NCBI GenBank assembly: GCA_964399485.1 | Contig: CAYNQS010000009.1 | Coordinates: 5,865 to 69,864 of the forward strand | Source: an uncultured Candidatus Bathyarchaeia archaeon | GTDB lineage: Archaea > Thermoproteota > Bathyarchaeia > Bathyarchaeales > Bathyarchaeaceae | Direction of reading: 5' to 3' | DNA: 64,000 nt | Part shown: positions 46,253-56,053 of the stretch, piece by piece | How positions within the stretch are numbered: position 1 is the stretch's first letter | Layout: every line of letters begins with the position of its first letter | Notes under the pieces: model-generated | Database searches by the model: none | What the model was told of the DNA's origin: nothing | What the model saw: the letters and a program-made list of their open reading frames with translations, nothing else | Position numbers and translations under genes: made by a program

Positions 46253-46813
46253 TTAGAACTCTTCTTGTGCGCCCGTTATTCCTTGGATAATTCTTGCAAT
46301 TCCATTGAACATGAACGTGAATGAAAGCATCAGAACCAGAGCGAGGAAGCCAAATTCTGAGTATACAAACACTACAACAGCCAATATGATGGTGAATATG
46401 CCCACAACAGCAAAGAATCCTCTCAGCCATTTCGGGAAGGCTCTGGCGAATCCGCCGATTACCAGTCTTGCAACTCCGTTGAGCAGCAGAGCGAAGGACA
46501 GTAGGTAAATCAGCAGTTGGGTGGTAAGGTCCGTATATAGTAGGGCTGTGATTCCCAATAAGATGGCTACTATGCCTATTCCAACATTGACTGCACGTAT
46601 GCCATCTGACAGATATTTAGCGAATATTCCATTGAAAATCCTTGCAATTCCGGTGACCAGCAAGACGATTGAAAGAACAAAGATTAGAGTTAAGATAGCA
46701 AGTTCCTGATAAGCCAAGACCACAACTGACAAAACGACTGCAATCAATCCGAAGATAATGTCAAAGGCGCGTAGCCAACCTGGAGCCTTAGTTTCACTCA
46801 TAGCTAACTCCAC
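46253..46813 (-). CDS. HdeD/DUF308-family membrane protein
   Basis: Repeated paired-TM units with G..RI..G motifs (VTGIARIFNGI, LNGVARLVIGG, FNGIARIIQGI). Confidence 0.6.
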   Translation of the reverse strand: MELAMSETKAPGWLRAFDIIFGLIAVVLSVVVLAYQELAILTLIFVLSIVLLVTGIARIFNGIFAKYLSDGIRAVNVGIGIVAILLGITALLYTDLTTQLLIYLLSFALLLNGVARLVIGGFARAFPKWLRGFFAVVGIFTIILAVVVFVYSEFGFLALVLMLSFTFMFNGIARIIQGITGAQEEF

Positions 46814-46862
46814 AAAAACAGAATATATTGTCCAAAAATGTTAAAAGATTTGTCGTATCAGT

Positions 46863-47357
46863 TTACTGTCTGTCATATTCTTCAACTGTGTTGCTCATGA
46901 CATCCAATTTGACGCCCGCCAGCTTGAACAACTCTATCGTCTCCTTGTCTGCATGGTAATGTTTCTCGCAGACAACCCGTTTTATGCCCGAATTGATTAT
47001 CATCATGGCGCACGTTCTGCACGGCGTCATCTTACAATACAGCGTGGAACCATCAAGAGGTATCCCAAACTTTGCGGCCTGAATAATCGCGTTCTGCTCC
47101 GCATGCAAAGTACGCACACAATGCTGCGAAACGTTTCCCTTCTCATCAAAAACCTTTCTCATATCATGCCCTGCATCATCACAGTGCGGCAGCCCCGCAG
47201 GCGCCCCCACATAACCCGTTGTCATGATTCGCTTGTCCTTAACAATTACGCAGCCTGCCCTTCCCCGATCACAGGTGGCGCGCTTGGAAACAGCCTCGCA
47301 CAAATCCAGAAAGTATCTGTCCCAGTCAGGTCGCGGCTTGCAGTCCATTTTTTGCAT
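46863..47357 (-). CDS. dCMP (deoxycytidylate) deaminase
   Basis: HAEQNAI and PCRTCA zinc-binding motifs. ATG at 47357, with 47348 as an alternative. Confidence 0.85.
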   Translation of the reverse strand: MQKMDCKPRPDWDRYFLDLCEAVSKRATCDRGRAGCVIVKDKRIMTTGYVGAPAGLPHCDDAGHDMRKVFDEKGNVSQHCVRTLHAEQNAIIQAAKFGIPLDGSTLYCKMTPCRTCAMMIINSGIKRVVCEKHYHADKETIELFKLAGVKLDVMSNTVEEYDRQ

Positions 47358-47574
47358 CTCCACGTTGCGGATATACACATAATCTGCCGTTTAATAAAAC
47401 TGTTTTTTCCCTACCAAAAGATAGCGCTATGAACTCGTGTTTTGCACCATCATAAAAGACAGCTTAAAACCTTCAACAAAAATCAGAAAAGAGAAAAACT
47501 GTAAATTCTCCCATCCACGATATCACTCACCCATTCAATACTGTTAAATATCTTCCTTGATTCAAACGATACTG

Positions 47575-47668
47575 GGGCTGGTAGTTCAGTCTGGTATGAA
47601 TGCCGCCTTCGCATGCCTTGTGCCGAAAGAGGCGGAGGCCGCGGGTTCAAATCCCGCCCAGTCCACCA
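47575..47668 (+). tRNA. tRNA-Ala(CGC) with 16-nt canonical intron; CCA encoded
   Basis: GGGCTGG...CCGCC-TTCGCA[TGCCTTGTGCCGAAAG]A-GGCGG-AGGCC-GCGGG-TTCAAAT-CCCGC-CCAGTCC-A-CCA. The G3:U70 Ala identity pair is present. Intron at 47614-47629. BHB helix TTCG/CGAA. Confidence 0.9.
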
Positions 47669-47673
47669 TCCGT

Positions 47674-48246
47674 TCATGTTTTGATTGAAGCTGGTTTAAG
47701 AGGTTCTGTCTCTTGCGTGCGAGGTCGCCATGCGTCACCCAGTCTGGCATAGATGATTTGTGCGGGGATGATGTTGATGAGTGCCTGAGTTCCGTTCATT
47801 ATTGCCAGCGCGGGCAGAATGGTGACCACGAATGAGGGGGGCATTCCATAGAATATTGGGAGCAGATAGTAATTTGCTGCTGTCATTATGATAATTCTGG
47901 ATGCAACAGCAGAAATCGATTTTGTTGTGAAGCCTTTGCGGATTGCGGCAAACGCAAGGATTGTTGCCAGTTCGGCTATGAGTTTGAATATACCCCCATA
48001 AACGTTTCCTCTGAGAAAAATGAATGAGCATCCGATAAGGCAGGTGTAGAGTGCGCCTATAGGACCTGTGAAGAGTAGGCTGATTATCATGGGCATGCCG
48101 GTTAGGTCCCATGAGACTCGGTCGTAAAGCGGAAACGGTATATCGAATGGGGGTCCAGGTATTATTTCGAACACTCCAGAAAGACCGGCTAATATGCTGG
48201 CTAGGACAAGTTTTCTGGTGTCTAATTTCAGCAACCTGTGCTTCAC
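47674..48246 (-). CDS. ECF-transporter S-component-like membrane protein
   Basis: About six TM helices. TRKLVLASILAGLSGVFEI N-terminus typical of S components. Downstream of an ArsR-type regulator. Confidence 0.5.
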   Translation of the reverse strand: MKHRLLKLDTRKLVLASILAGLSGVFEIIPGPPFDIPFPLYDRVSWDLTGMPMIISLLFTGPIGALYTCLIGCSFIFLRGNVYGGIFKLIAELATILAFAAIRKGFTTKSISAVASRIIIMTAANYYLLPIFYGMPPSFVVTILPALAIMNGTQALINIIPAQIIYARLGDAWRPRTQETEPLKPASIKT

Positions 48247-48333
48247 CTGCTGAGAAGAAGATGGTGTACGCTAAATCATATTTATGTTTTTTGTAAAATA
48301 AGATGTCCTTTTTGTCAACATATGTTAGCGTGT

Positions 48334-48621
48334 TCAGAGCATTTTTTTGACTGTTTGAACACATTCTTTAACCAGGTCAGCGTTCTTCAGGTATATCACT
48401 CGTGAACGTCCCACTTCGTAAACCCCCACCAATCCGCATTTTTCCAGAACTCTGATGTGCCGGTAAACCGCGGCGTAGTCCTTCTTCAGCACCTGAGCTA
48501 CAGCCTTTATGTGCAGAGGTCTCTCAGTTTCACTCACAAGCTCAATAATCCTCAACCGTGTGGGGCTTCCCAATGCGCTGAATATGGCGGAAACTTGGCG
48601 TAACTCCTGTTCATCAGTCAA
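48334..48621 (-). CDS. ArsR/SmtB-family winged-helix transcriptional regulator
   Basis: LGSPTRLRIIELVSETERPLHIKAVAQVLKKDYAAVYRHIRVLEKCGLV. Confidence 0.75.
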   Translation of the reverse strand: MTDEQELRQVSAIFSALGSPTRLRIIELVSETERPLHIKAVAQVLKKDYAAVYRHIRVLEKCGLVGVYEVGRSRVIYLKNADLVKECVQTVKKML

Positions 48622-48844
48622 CTGTGTAAACCACCTTTATTGTAGATGCATCTAATTTATGACATTTTCGCTAAATATCATGGAGATGAACTGCCTCAAG
48701 AAACAGGAAAATCAATCGCTGAAGCTTCTAATCCCCTGCTCATCGCCATTTATTTGTTATTGACATCAGAAACAGTAAGCCATACGTTTTTTTTGGCTTT
48801 TCCATGAGAACAGGTTATATTATTGCTTGTACCTATTGGCGGTT

Positions 48845-49249
48845 ATGAACGCTTGTGTGCTATATTTTTCTCAAACAGGGAATACGCGAAAATTTGCAGA
48901 AGCCATATCCGATTCCTTAAACATTACATCAGTTTACGACATAATCACCACAGAACCCGCAGTTGTTAACGACTTTGACTTGATAATTCTTGGAACTCCA
49001 GTTCACGGTTTCAGCCCCTAAGTAGAAGCTTTGGCTTTCGTAGAACGCTTGCCGGATGGTGATGGCAAACGGGCAATTCTGTTTTGTACTCATCATATGT
49101 GGAAAGGAAGCACATTCAAGAAATTGAAGAAGGAACTGAAAAAGAAAGGTTACAACACTCTTTTATGTGTCTCAGTAAAAGGCAAGGAATTCACTGAAGA
49201 GGACTTCTCAGACGCTATAGACAAAATAGAAGAGAAAATGGAAGAATAG
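48845..49249 (+). pseudogene. flavodoxin-family gene interrupted by one in-frame TAA (49019-49021)
   Basis: LYFSQTGNTRKFAE...LIILGTPVHGFSP-TAA-VEALAFVERLP..GKRAILFCTH. Both halves are in the same frame and together form one flavodoxin fold. Confidence 0.6.
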
Positions 49250-49275
49250 GGTGACGCTTATTTTTTCGGGCAAAG

Positions 49276-51504
49276 TTATTTCTTGTTAGACGGTTTTTCT
49301 GGCTGAACCAGTGATTCTCTGAGGTAGTCTTCCAGAGTTTCGCCTGGGATTACCTCGATGTTGTAGTCTCTTGGGTCTATTGAATGCTTGTAGTTTTTGG
49401 CTGGAACAATGACCTTCTTGAAGCCCCACATCTCAGCGGATTTAATCTTCTCATGTAATCCGCCAACCGCTGTAACTGGAATCACATCATCCACGCTGAC
49501 GTTGATTTCCCCGGTCACAGCGACGTCTTGCCTTATGGGTTTTCCCTCCAGTAGCGAACAGAGGAGAATGGTCATGGTGACTCCTGCGCTTGGTCCATCA
49601 ACGCTGTAGGCTTGAGCGAAGTCGATGTGGGTGAAGAATTCTTGGGCGATGTCGACGCGGTATTTCTGCAGGATGACGCTTCTCACTTTCGCCACGCTGT
49701 CCGCGATGAACTGTTCCTGTCCCTCCTTTGCTATGCCCGTGACTTTGTAGTATCCTTGCAGCTTATTGTCGCACCGGTCGTCCCGTTTTTCTAGGAAGCC
49801 CTTGACTGTGAGGACATTGCCGGTCATCTCTCCGCTGTAAGGGTCTTTGACCACGGCTACTCCGTAAATCTGTCCCAGCTTGACTCCTTCTGGTCTGATG
49901 TCTAGAAGTTTTCCTCTTTCGTTCATCTGATGCTCAAGAATCTGCTTCTGGATTGTTTTGCAGTGGTTTTCTATAGCCTCTTGAACATGCCTCTTTTCAA
50001 CAAGCTCCAACCCCTCATTCATCGCTAATGTGGCAGCTGTCTTCACCAAAGAAATCATGGGACGAAACTTTGTGGATAACGCATCCTTCTTGTTGCTTCT
50101 TCTGCGCCCCTCATCAATTATTTCTTCGCATGCTTCTCTGCTGAAAGGCAGCAAACGAAACCGCGAAACCTCTTGGGCGATAAACTGGACGTATTTGCGG
50201 CGATTTTCCACACTGTTCTGCATGTCATTGTTCATTCGCACCACTTTGCCGTAACCGTAAATCCTGTCCATAAGAGCCGGGTGAATTTGCCCTATGCTGT
50301 CGAAGTTTCCGGCGCCAACCAAGAAGCACATGCAAGGCACCGGCTCTGTAGCAACCGACATGGCAGCTGTTCCTCCAGCGCTGCTCCAGCGGCTTCGCAT
50401 GGTTATGGGCAATTGCCCGTCTTCTAGAACTGTCAGCAGTGTGATGGCTTCGTCTGGCTGCATGTTCTTTATTTCGTCGATGTAGAGGACGCCGAGGTGT
50501 GCACGGTGGACGTCTCCTGCGCTTACTCTTTGATGTTCTGGGGTGCCTAGTCCTCCGGTTTGAAATGGATCCCATGCGATGCTTCCGAACAGTTGGGCGG
50601 AGCCGTGTCCTGTGGCGTCGATGAATGGGGCAACTTTTTTGGAGTTGTCTACGATGAATTTGGGAACCTTTGTTGCTTTTGCTCCGCCTATGCCCTTGGC
50701 GCTTCCCATAATTCCAAATCTTCCCAGCACGGTTACTAGAATCAGGAACATGAGCATCATTCCGGCGGGAAGAAAGGTTATGCTTCCGATTGACACGAAG
50801 CTGTCTATCATGTATTTGCTGAAGTCTCCGTTGTGGACTGTTTGGATGGGCTCTCCGAACGCTGTCAGGGAGTTTGTGTCCCATGCAACTTTTTCTTGCC
50901 AGAGGTAGTAGAAGCCTGCGAACATGAAGATGGAGGCTACGATTATCATCAGGTAGATTATAGCTTTGATTCCGAGACGTTGAAGAAATTGCTTCTTTGC
51001 TTCTTTCAGTTTCTGTTTCAGTATGATCTTTTTTCCTTCTCCAGCGGGGTGGCAGGAGATTTTTGGTTCGCTGGGGATTATGTCGTTTTGCCAGCTGATT
51101 ACGTCTTGGAGTTGAATGTCCTGTTTCTTGTAAAGGTCTGTCAGGTGAACTGAGAGGGCTCTGCCTATCAATGATTTGCCGGTGCCGGGGTCTCCAAGCA
51201 GAAGCAGGTATGGTCCTGGGGGAGCAGTTTTGGTGATCTGGGGCTTCTCTTTGTCTGGGTCCTTCCATGCCTCATACCATTTTTCTTCCTTGAGGTTCTT
51301 GAGTTTGTGGACCCACTCTTCCAGACATAGATAGCACTCGTTTAATGCTCGTTCTTGCCCGATAACCCATTCAAGGAGGTTGGCTGAAACCGGATAATCC
51401 TTGGTGGTTTTGAAGTTTTTCCAATTCCATTTCTTGCCGCGGATAACCTCTTCATCCTCTCCGAAGTAGTCCAAATTCTGCTCTCCTGACTTTCGACTGA
51501 TCAA
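49276..51504 (-). CDS. lonB: archaeal membrane-bound Lon protease (LonB)
   Basis: Walker A GDPGTGKS. A two-TM insertion inside the AAA+ module. Protease Ser motif VDGPSAGV. Confidence 0.9.
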   Translation of the reverse strand: MISRKSGEQNLDYFGEDEEVIRGKKWNWKNFKTTKDYPVSANLLEWVIGQERALNECYLCLEEWVHKLKNLKEEKWYEAWKDPDKEKPQITKTAPPGPYLLLLGDPGTGKSLIGRALSVHLTDLYKKQDIQLQDVISWQNDIIPSEPKISCHPAGEGKKIILKQKLKEAKKQFLQRLGIKAIIYLMIIVASIFMFAGFYYLWQEKVAWDTNSLTAFGEPIQTVHNGDFSKYMIDSFVSIGSITFLPAGMMLMFLILVTVLGRFGIMGSAKGIGGAKATKVPKFIVDNSKKVAPFIDATGHGSAQLFGSIAWDPFQTGGLGTPEHQRVSAGDVHRAHLGVLYIDEIKNMQPDEAITLLTVLEDGQLPITMRSRWSSAGGTAAMSVATEPVPCMCFLVGAGNFDSIGQIHPALMDRIYGYGKVVRMNNDMQNSVENRRKYVQFIAQEVSRFRLLPFSREACEEIIDEGRRRSNKKDALSTKFRPMISLVKTAATLAMNEGLELVEKRHVQEAIENHCKTIQKQILEHQMNERGKLLDIRPEGVKLGQIYGVAVVKDPYSGEMTGNVLTVKGFLEKRDDRCDNKLQGYYKVTGIAKEGQEQFIADSVAKVRSVILQKYRVDIAQEFFTHIDFAQAYSVDGPSAGVTMTILLCSLLEGKPIRQDVAVTGEINVSVDDVIPVTAVGGLHEKIKSAEMWGFKKVIVPAKNYKHSIDPRDYNIEVIPGETLEDYLRESLVQPEKPSNKK

Positions 51505-51791
51505 TCTAACTGGGTGTGCACAAGCCTTCAGCTAAGCTTATGGTTTCCTGAAAGGAGAAATCGTTGTCAACTAAAAAAGCCGTATTACGCTATCGGTAAT
51601 ATAACGGAAACGTAGCATGCACGACATTTTTTTCTTCATGAGGAATAGAAGGGGAGTTTTTGTCGAATTCTCAATTGTAACTGCTGAATCTTTTCTTGAA
51701 TTCTAATGTTTGGGGATCAAAGTTGATCAAGAAGATTTTATTAGTGAGTAGCTTCGGAAAGGTTAGTCACAGGTTATGGAAGGAACATAAG

Positions 51792-52592
51792 ATGAAGGAT
51801 AGTGTTGCGGTAATTGGCGCAGGGGTGATAGGCGGAGCCATAGTTAAAAGTCTGCTGAAGAGCGGGTATGAAGGCAAGATAACAGCCGCTGATATGCAGC
51901 CAAAAAAACTTAATGACCTAGAGAAGCTGGGGATAACCGTGACCAGCGACAACAAAAAAGCTGCCCAAACATCGGAAATCATCTTCTTATCCGTTAAACC
52001 GAACGTTGTGAAAACTGTTCTACAGGAGATAGGTAAGGAAGTTGAAGGGAAACTGGTGATTTCTACGGCTGCCGCGGTTACCGTTGGCTTCTGTAAGCGG
52101 ATAGTGCCTAAAGCCCGATTTGTCAGGATCATGCCCAACCTCGCCATTCTGGTGCAGGAGTCCTTCACTGCCTACTGCTGCGACGATGACGTAACTCGGG
52201 AAGATCGAGAGAAGGTCAAGGAGATTCTCGGGATGATGGGAATCTACAGGGAAGTTGAAGAACGGCACATGGATGCGGTGACTGCCCTAAGCGGAAGCGG
52301 TCCCGGATACCTCTCTGTCATACTTGAAGCCCTAACCTACGCTGGCTTGAAGGTTGGTTTGCCCAGAGATTTAGCTTTGCTCAGTGCAGCTCAGGCGGTT
52401 CTGGGAACAGCAAAGCTTGTGCTGGAGTCGGGTCAAACTGCCTCTCAGATACGGGACATGGTTACGACGCCTGGCGGAACAACCATCGAAGCCATTTACG
52501 AGGTTGAGGGCAGTCAGGTTCGGCAGGCTTTGGTGAGGGCTGTTGAGGCGGCAACTCGGAAGAGCGAGACTATCCGGAAGCAGTGGGAATAA
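51792..52592 (+). CDS. proC: pyrroline-5-carboxylate reductase
   Basis: VAVIGAGVIGGAI Rossmann motif and the C-terminal TTPGGTTI motif. The ATG at 51792 follows GGAAGGAAC. Confidence 0.85.
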   Translation: MKDSVAVIGAGVIGGAIVKSLLKSGYEGKITAADMQPKKLNDLEKLGITVTSDNKKAAQTSEIIFLSVKPNVVKTVLQEIGKEVEGKLVISTAAAVTVGFCKRIVPKARFVRIMPNLAILVQESFTAYCCDDDVTREDREKVKEILGMMGIYREVEERHMDAVTALSGSGPGYLSVILEALTYAGLKVGLPRDLALLSAAQAVLGTAKLVLESGQTASQIRDMVTTPGGTTIEAIYEVEGSQVRQALVRAVEAATRKSETIRKQWE

Positions 52593-52643
52593 GAGGACAT
52601 GTTGACTAAGACTTAAATCTTGATGTTGGACTAGTGTATAATT

Positions 52644-53168
52644 ATGTCAGAAGAGAAGATTATTGTTCTCATGGGGTCGCCGAGAGACCTCCCCTTTGCA
52701 GCTAAGATCAAAGATTTCCTCGAAAAGGAAGCATTTCATGTCAACTGCATCTACAATGTTGCTTCTGCCCACAGGACCCCCGAAAAGCTGCTGAACGATT
52801 TGAAGGGATACGAAAAGAGTGGAGACAGCATCGTCTACATTACAGTTGCCGGCTTGTCAGATGCTCTTTCAGGAGTTGTTGCCGGCTACACCAGATACCC
52901 TGTTGTTGCTTGTCCCCCAGACTCTGAGAAACATGGCGGCGCCAAAGTTTTTTCTTCCACAGCCATGCCAAAGGGGATACCTGTTGCCTACGTTGCTAAG
53001 CCCGAAAACGCTGCCCTCGTAGCCGTGAGAATCCTCGCCATATCAAACCCTGACCTAAAACAGCGTCTGAACAAGTTCAAGCAGAAAATGGCAAAAAATG
53101 TCTACGACGGCGCAGAAGAAGTGAAGAAGATTATCCAGAAAAAAGACGTTAACAGGCTTACAGTTTAA
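52644..53168 (+). CDS. purE: PurE-family (AIR carboxylase / N5-CAIR mutase-like) protein
   Basis: IIVLMGSPRDLP, SAHRTPEKL, and VAGLSDALSGVVAG in place of AGGAAHLPG. It is divergent, so the subclass is uncertain. Confidence 0.65.
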   Translation: MSEEKIIVLMGSPRDLPFAAKIKDFLEKEAFHVNCIYNVASAHRTPEKLLNDLKGYEKSGDSIVYITVAGLSDALSGVVAGYTRYPVVACPPDSEKHGGAKVFSSTAMPKGIPVAYVAKPENAALVAVRILAISNPDLKQRLNKFKQKMAKNVYDGAEEVKKIIQKKDVNRLTV

Positions 53169-53215
53169 TAAAAAGCTTGTTTTCACCAATCTTCTATTAT
53201 TAGGCTCCTAATATG
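53168..53215 (+). repeat. 48-nt bipartite intergenic element, copy 4 (most diverged)
   Basis: ATAAAAAGCTTGTTTTCACCAATCTTCTATTATTAGGCTCCTAATATG. Its first base is the last base of the purE stop codon. Confidence 0.75.
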
Positions 53216-53395
53216 TGAGCGATTTCTGTTGATTTTGGTTTTTCTGTCAGCTGTTTGGTGTTGCTGAGTTCAAAACTGTTAAGTAAGCTTTTGGTCTTTG
53301 ACTCTATTTCGCTCAGTTCTTTCTGTTTCCGGTTGAGCAAAAACTTAACTCCTAGTTCCACCAAAAAAGGGCAACGATAAAAGTGGAGACAAAAA

Positions 53396-55849
53396 ATGAA
53401 GAAACTATATCGTCAAACAAGACTTTCTACGGTCGCTTTACTTCTAGTTATAGCTGTATCTGCTTCGCTCGCTGCTTTGCCGACAGCCACCGCACAGGAT
53501 GTGACTAGACAATCATATGCCTTCATTGGTGCCACACCTAACCCCGTAGGCGTAAACCAAGAAGTGCTGCTTCACATTGGAGTTACACAGCAGCTGTCTT
53601 CGCATGAGCAGGGCTGGGAGGGCTTAAGTGTAACAATTGAGAGACCTGACGGCAAAACTGATGTAATCGCTGGCATCAGGACTGATGCGACGGGCGGAAC
53701 AGGTAAAAACTATGTGCCCGACGTGGTCGGCACATACTATTTGCAGACACATTTCCCTACACAAACGGCGGTATTCACTCCTTTCATGTTCGGCAGTCCT
53801 TACAACGTGACATTGTTAGCCAGCGACAGCCCAGTACTTGAACTTGTCGTACAGGAGGACCCAATAACCTATTATCCAGGTCATTCGCTTCCAAGCGAAT
53901 ACTGGACTCGTCCCATAAACGCGCAGTTTCATGAATGGTCATCGATTGCTGGAAACTGGCTGCGACCTGCCGGAAGCTATACTATGCCACCAATACCTAA
54001 GTATCATTCTGGCAATGCAGATGCACCTGAAACTGCTCATATATTATGGACAAAGGAGTTGGCGTTAGGAGGCTTAGTCGGAGGCGAACTTGGCGATGTC
54101 CAATACGAAATGGGCGATGCATACGAAGGTAAGTTTCTTGGTTCAGTAATTATTAGTGGAAACCTTTACTACAATAGATTCGAAGAACGCGGAGGCGACA
54201 ACGTCGAGCAGGAAGTTGTTGCCGTGGACCTGCATACTGGAGAAGAGCTTTGGGTTAGAAACTGGGACAATGCCCGCCTAGCGTTTGGTCAAGCTTTCTT
54301 TTGGGACTCGTACAACTATCACGGCGTTTTCGGTTATTTATGGACGACTAGCGGCGGAGACGTGTTTGCTTCAGGTCCGGAGACATGGAATGCCTACGAC
54401 GCTCAAACTGGACGCTGGGTATACAGTATGACCAACGTACCTTCAGGCTGGAACCTGTATGGCGACAAAGGTGAAATTTACAGATACACTGTTGATCTAA
54501 CAAATGGTTGGATGACCTTATGGAACTCCAGCAGAGTTGTCTCAAACGATGGAAGCTGGAACCCGCATGGGAACACCTATGATGCTAGAGACGGCATTGA
54601 ATGGAATGTTACAATACCAACAGACTTACTTGGAAGCCTCTGCATGTATTTCCTGCATGATAGAATATTCGGTACGACTGCTGGGGGTCTAACTGGTTCG
54701 GTAGCTGAAGAAACAATCACTTCATGGGCGATTAGTGTGAAGCCAGACGAAGAAGGAGCAGTTATTTTCAATAGAAGTTGGGTAGTCCCCGAAAGCGATT
54801 TGACATTAGTTTGGACAGATGCTAGCGCAGAAGATGGTGTTTTCATAATTTCGGGAAAAGAGAACAGGAAATACTATGGCTTCTCCTTAGACAATGGAGC
54901 TTTGCTTTGGGAAACTGAGCCGGAGCATTACCTGTCTATATATGACAAGTGGTATGGTCCTGCTTACGGCTATGGCAGATTCTACACAGGCCGGATGACT
55001 GGAATAGTGACTTGTTACAACATTACGACAGGTAAGGAACTGTGGACCTACAACTTGACAGACGAATTTCATGAAATATTGTGGAGCGATAGATTCCCCC
55101 TTGAGTTCCACTTCCTTGCTGACGGGAAACTCTACTTGTCATCTGGGGAGCACTCGCCAATTAATCCTAATGCCCGTGGTGCACCATTCGTTTGCCTTAA
55201 CGCGACAAGCGGAGAGGAGATATGGAAACTAAGCTGGACTAACAACTGGTGGGGCGGGCATGCAATAATCGGAGACAGCATAATAGCGGGGATGAACGCA
55301 TACGACAATCGCATATACGTCATAGGTAAGGGGGCAAGCGCAACCAAAGTTGAAGCACCGTTAGTGGCTGTATTGGAAGGAAAAAGTCTCACCATCAGAG
55401 GAATAGTGACTGATGAATCTCCCGGCACAGAAGATTATGCTTTGACTGCACGCTTCCCGAATGGTGTCCCAGCAGTAGCTGACGAATCCATGACCGACTG
55501 GATGCAGTACGTGTACATGCAGTATGAACGACCAGAAGACGTAGCTGGTGTTACAGTAAAACTTGAAGCAATTGATTCAAACGGAGAACGCACCACTCTC
55601 AACACAACCAGCACCAACATGGATGGCGAATACGGTTTCACGTGGACTCCGGAAAATGAAGGAACATATGAAATAGTAGCCACCTTTGAAGGAACAAAAT
55701 CTTTCTATGGTTCACACGACACAACATTCGTGAGTGTAGACCCAGTGCCATCCGAGGGTATTTCAATTGAACTAATTATTATACTGGCTGTTGTTGCTGT
55801 GGCAGTCATAATCATAGTTGGCTACTGGCTACTGCGACACCTAAGATAA
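53396..55849 (+). CDS. secreted PQQ-like beta-propeller repeat protein with C-terminal Ig-like domain and TM anchor
   Basis: Signal peptide. Recurrent G(K/E)E(L/I)W motifs (GEELWVRN, GALLWETE, GKELWTYN, GEEIWKL). DGEYGFTWTPENEGTYEI. C-terminal hydrophobic helix plus RHLR. Confidence 0.6.
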   Translation: MKKLYRQTRLSTVALLLVIAVSASLAALPTATAQDVTRQSYAFIGATPNPVGVNQEVLLHIGVTQQLSSHEQGWEGLSVTIERPDGKTDVIAGIRTDATGGTGKNYVPDVVGTYYLQTHFPTQTAVFTPFMFGSPYNVTLLASDSPVLELVVQEDPITYYPGHSLPSEYWTRPINAQFHEWSSIAGNWLRPAGSYTMPPIPKYHSGNADAPETAHILWTKELALGGLVGGELGDVQYEMGDAYEGKFLGSVIISGNLYYNRFEERGGDNVEQEVVAVDLHTGEELWVRNWDNARLAFGQAFFWDSYNYHGVFGYLWTTSGGDVFASGPETWNAYDAQTGRWVYSMTNVPSGWNLYGDKGEIYRYTVDLTNGWMTLWNSSRVVSNDGSWNPHGNTYDARDGIEWNVTIPTDLLGSLCMYFLHDRIFGTTAGGLTGSVAEETITSWAISVKPDEEGAVIFNRSWVVPESDLTLVWTDASAEDGVFIISGKENRKYYGFSLDNGALLWETEPEHYLSIYDKWYGPAYGYGRFYTGRMTGIVTCYNITTGKELWTYNLTDEFHEILWSDRFPLEFHFLADGKLYLSSGEHSPINPNARGAPFVCLNATSGEEIWKLSWTNNWWGGHAIIGDSIIAGMNAYDNRIYVIGKGASATKVEAPLVAVLEGKSLTIRGIVTDESPGTEDYALTARFPNGVPAVADESMTDWMQYVYMQYERPEDVAGVTVKLEAIDSNGERTTLNTTSTNMDGEYGFTWTPENEGTYEIVATFEGTKSFYGSHDTTFVSVDPVPSEGISIELIIILAVVAVAVIIIVGYWLLRHLR

Positions 55850-55864
55850 ACCCAAAATTTTTTC

Positions 55865-55882
55865 CTCCCTTTTTGTGGGGAG
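55865..55882 (+). terminator. hairpin CTCCC-TTTTTGTG-GGGAG after the stop at 55849
   Basis: 5-bp GC-rich stem flanked by T-runs. Confidence 0.3.
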
Positions 55883-56053
55883 CAAACCCCATTCTTCTTG
55901 GCAAAATGTTTAATTGATTTTCTGGATTTTGCAGGAACAGAACACTGGGGTTATCTAAAAAGGGCTGTTGTTTGGAAGTTTTGTGTGATTGGGGTGAAAA
56001 GCTTTTTTTAAATTGGTTGTTGTTAGTTATTTTTGATTTGGAGAGGTTTAAGG

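Noticed and set aside
47483-47677. 64-aa minus-strand ORF
   Set aside because: It is antisense to tRNA-Ala(CGC), so it is an artefact.
47735-48364. 209-aa ORF overlapping the S-component-like gene and the ArsR gene
   Set aside because: It is in an alternative frame to two ORFs with clear family signatures. The translation is His/Arg/Asn-rich with no hydrophobic or domain pattern.
49019-49021. Selenocysteine or pyrrolysine recoding at the flavodoxin stop
   Set aside because: The codon is TAA, not TGA or TAG. No SECIS-like or PYLIS-like structure is evident downstream.
50225-51268. 347-aa ORF on the minus strand inside lonB, in another frame
   Set aside because: It has an Arg/Pro/Ser/His-rich low-complexity translation and no motifs. 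It is fully embedded in a gene with unmistakable Lon motifs, so it is a shadow ORF.
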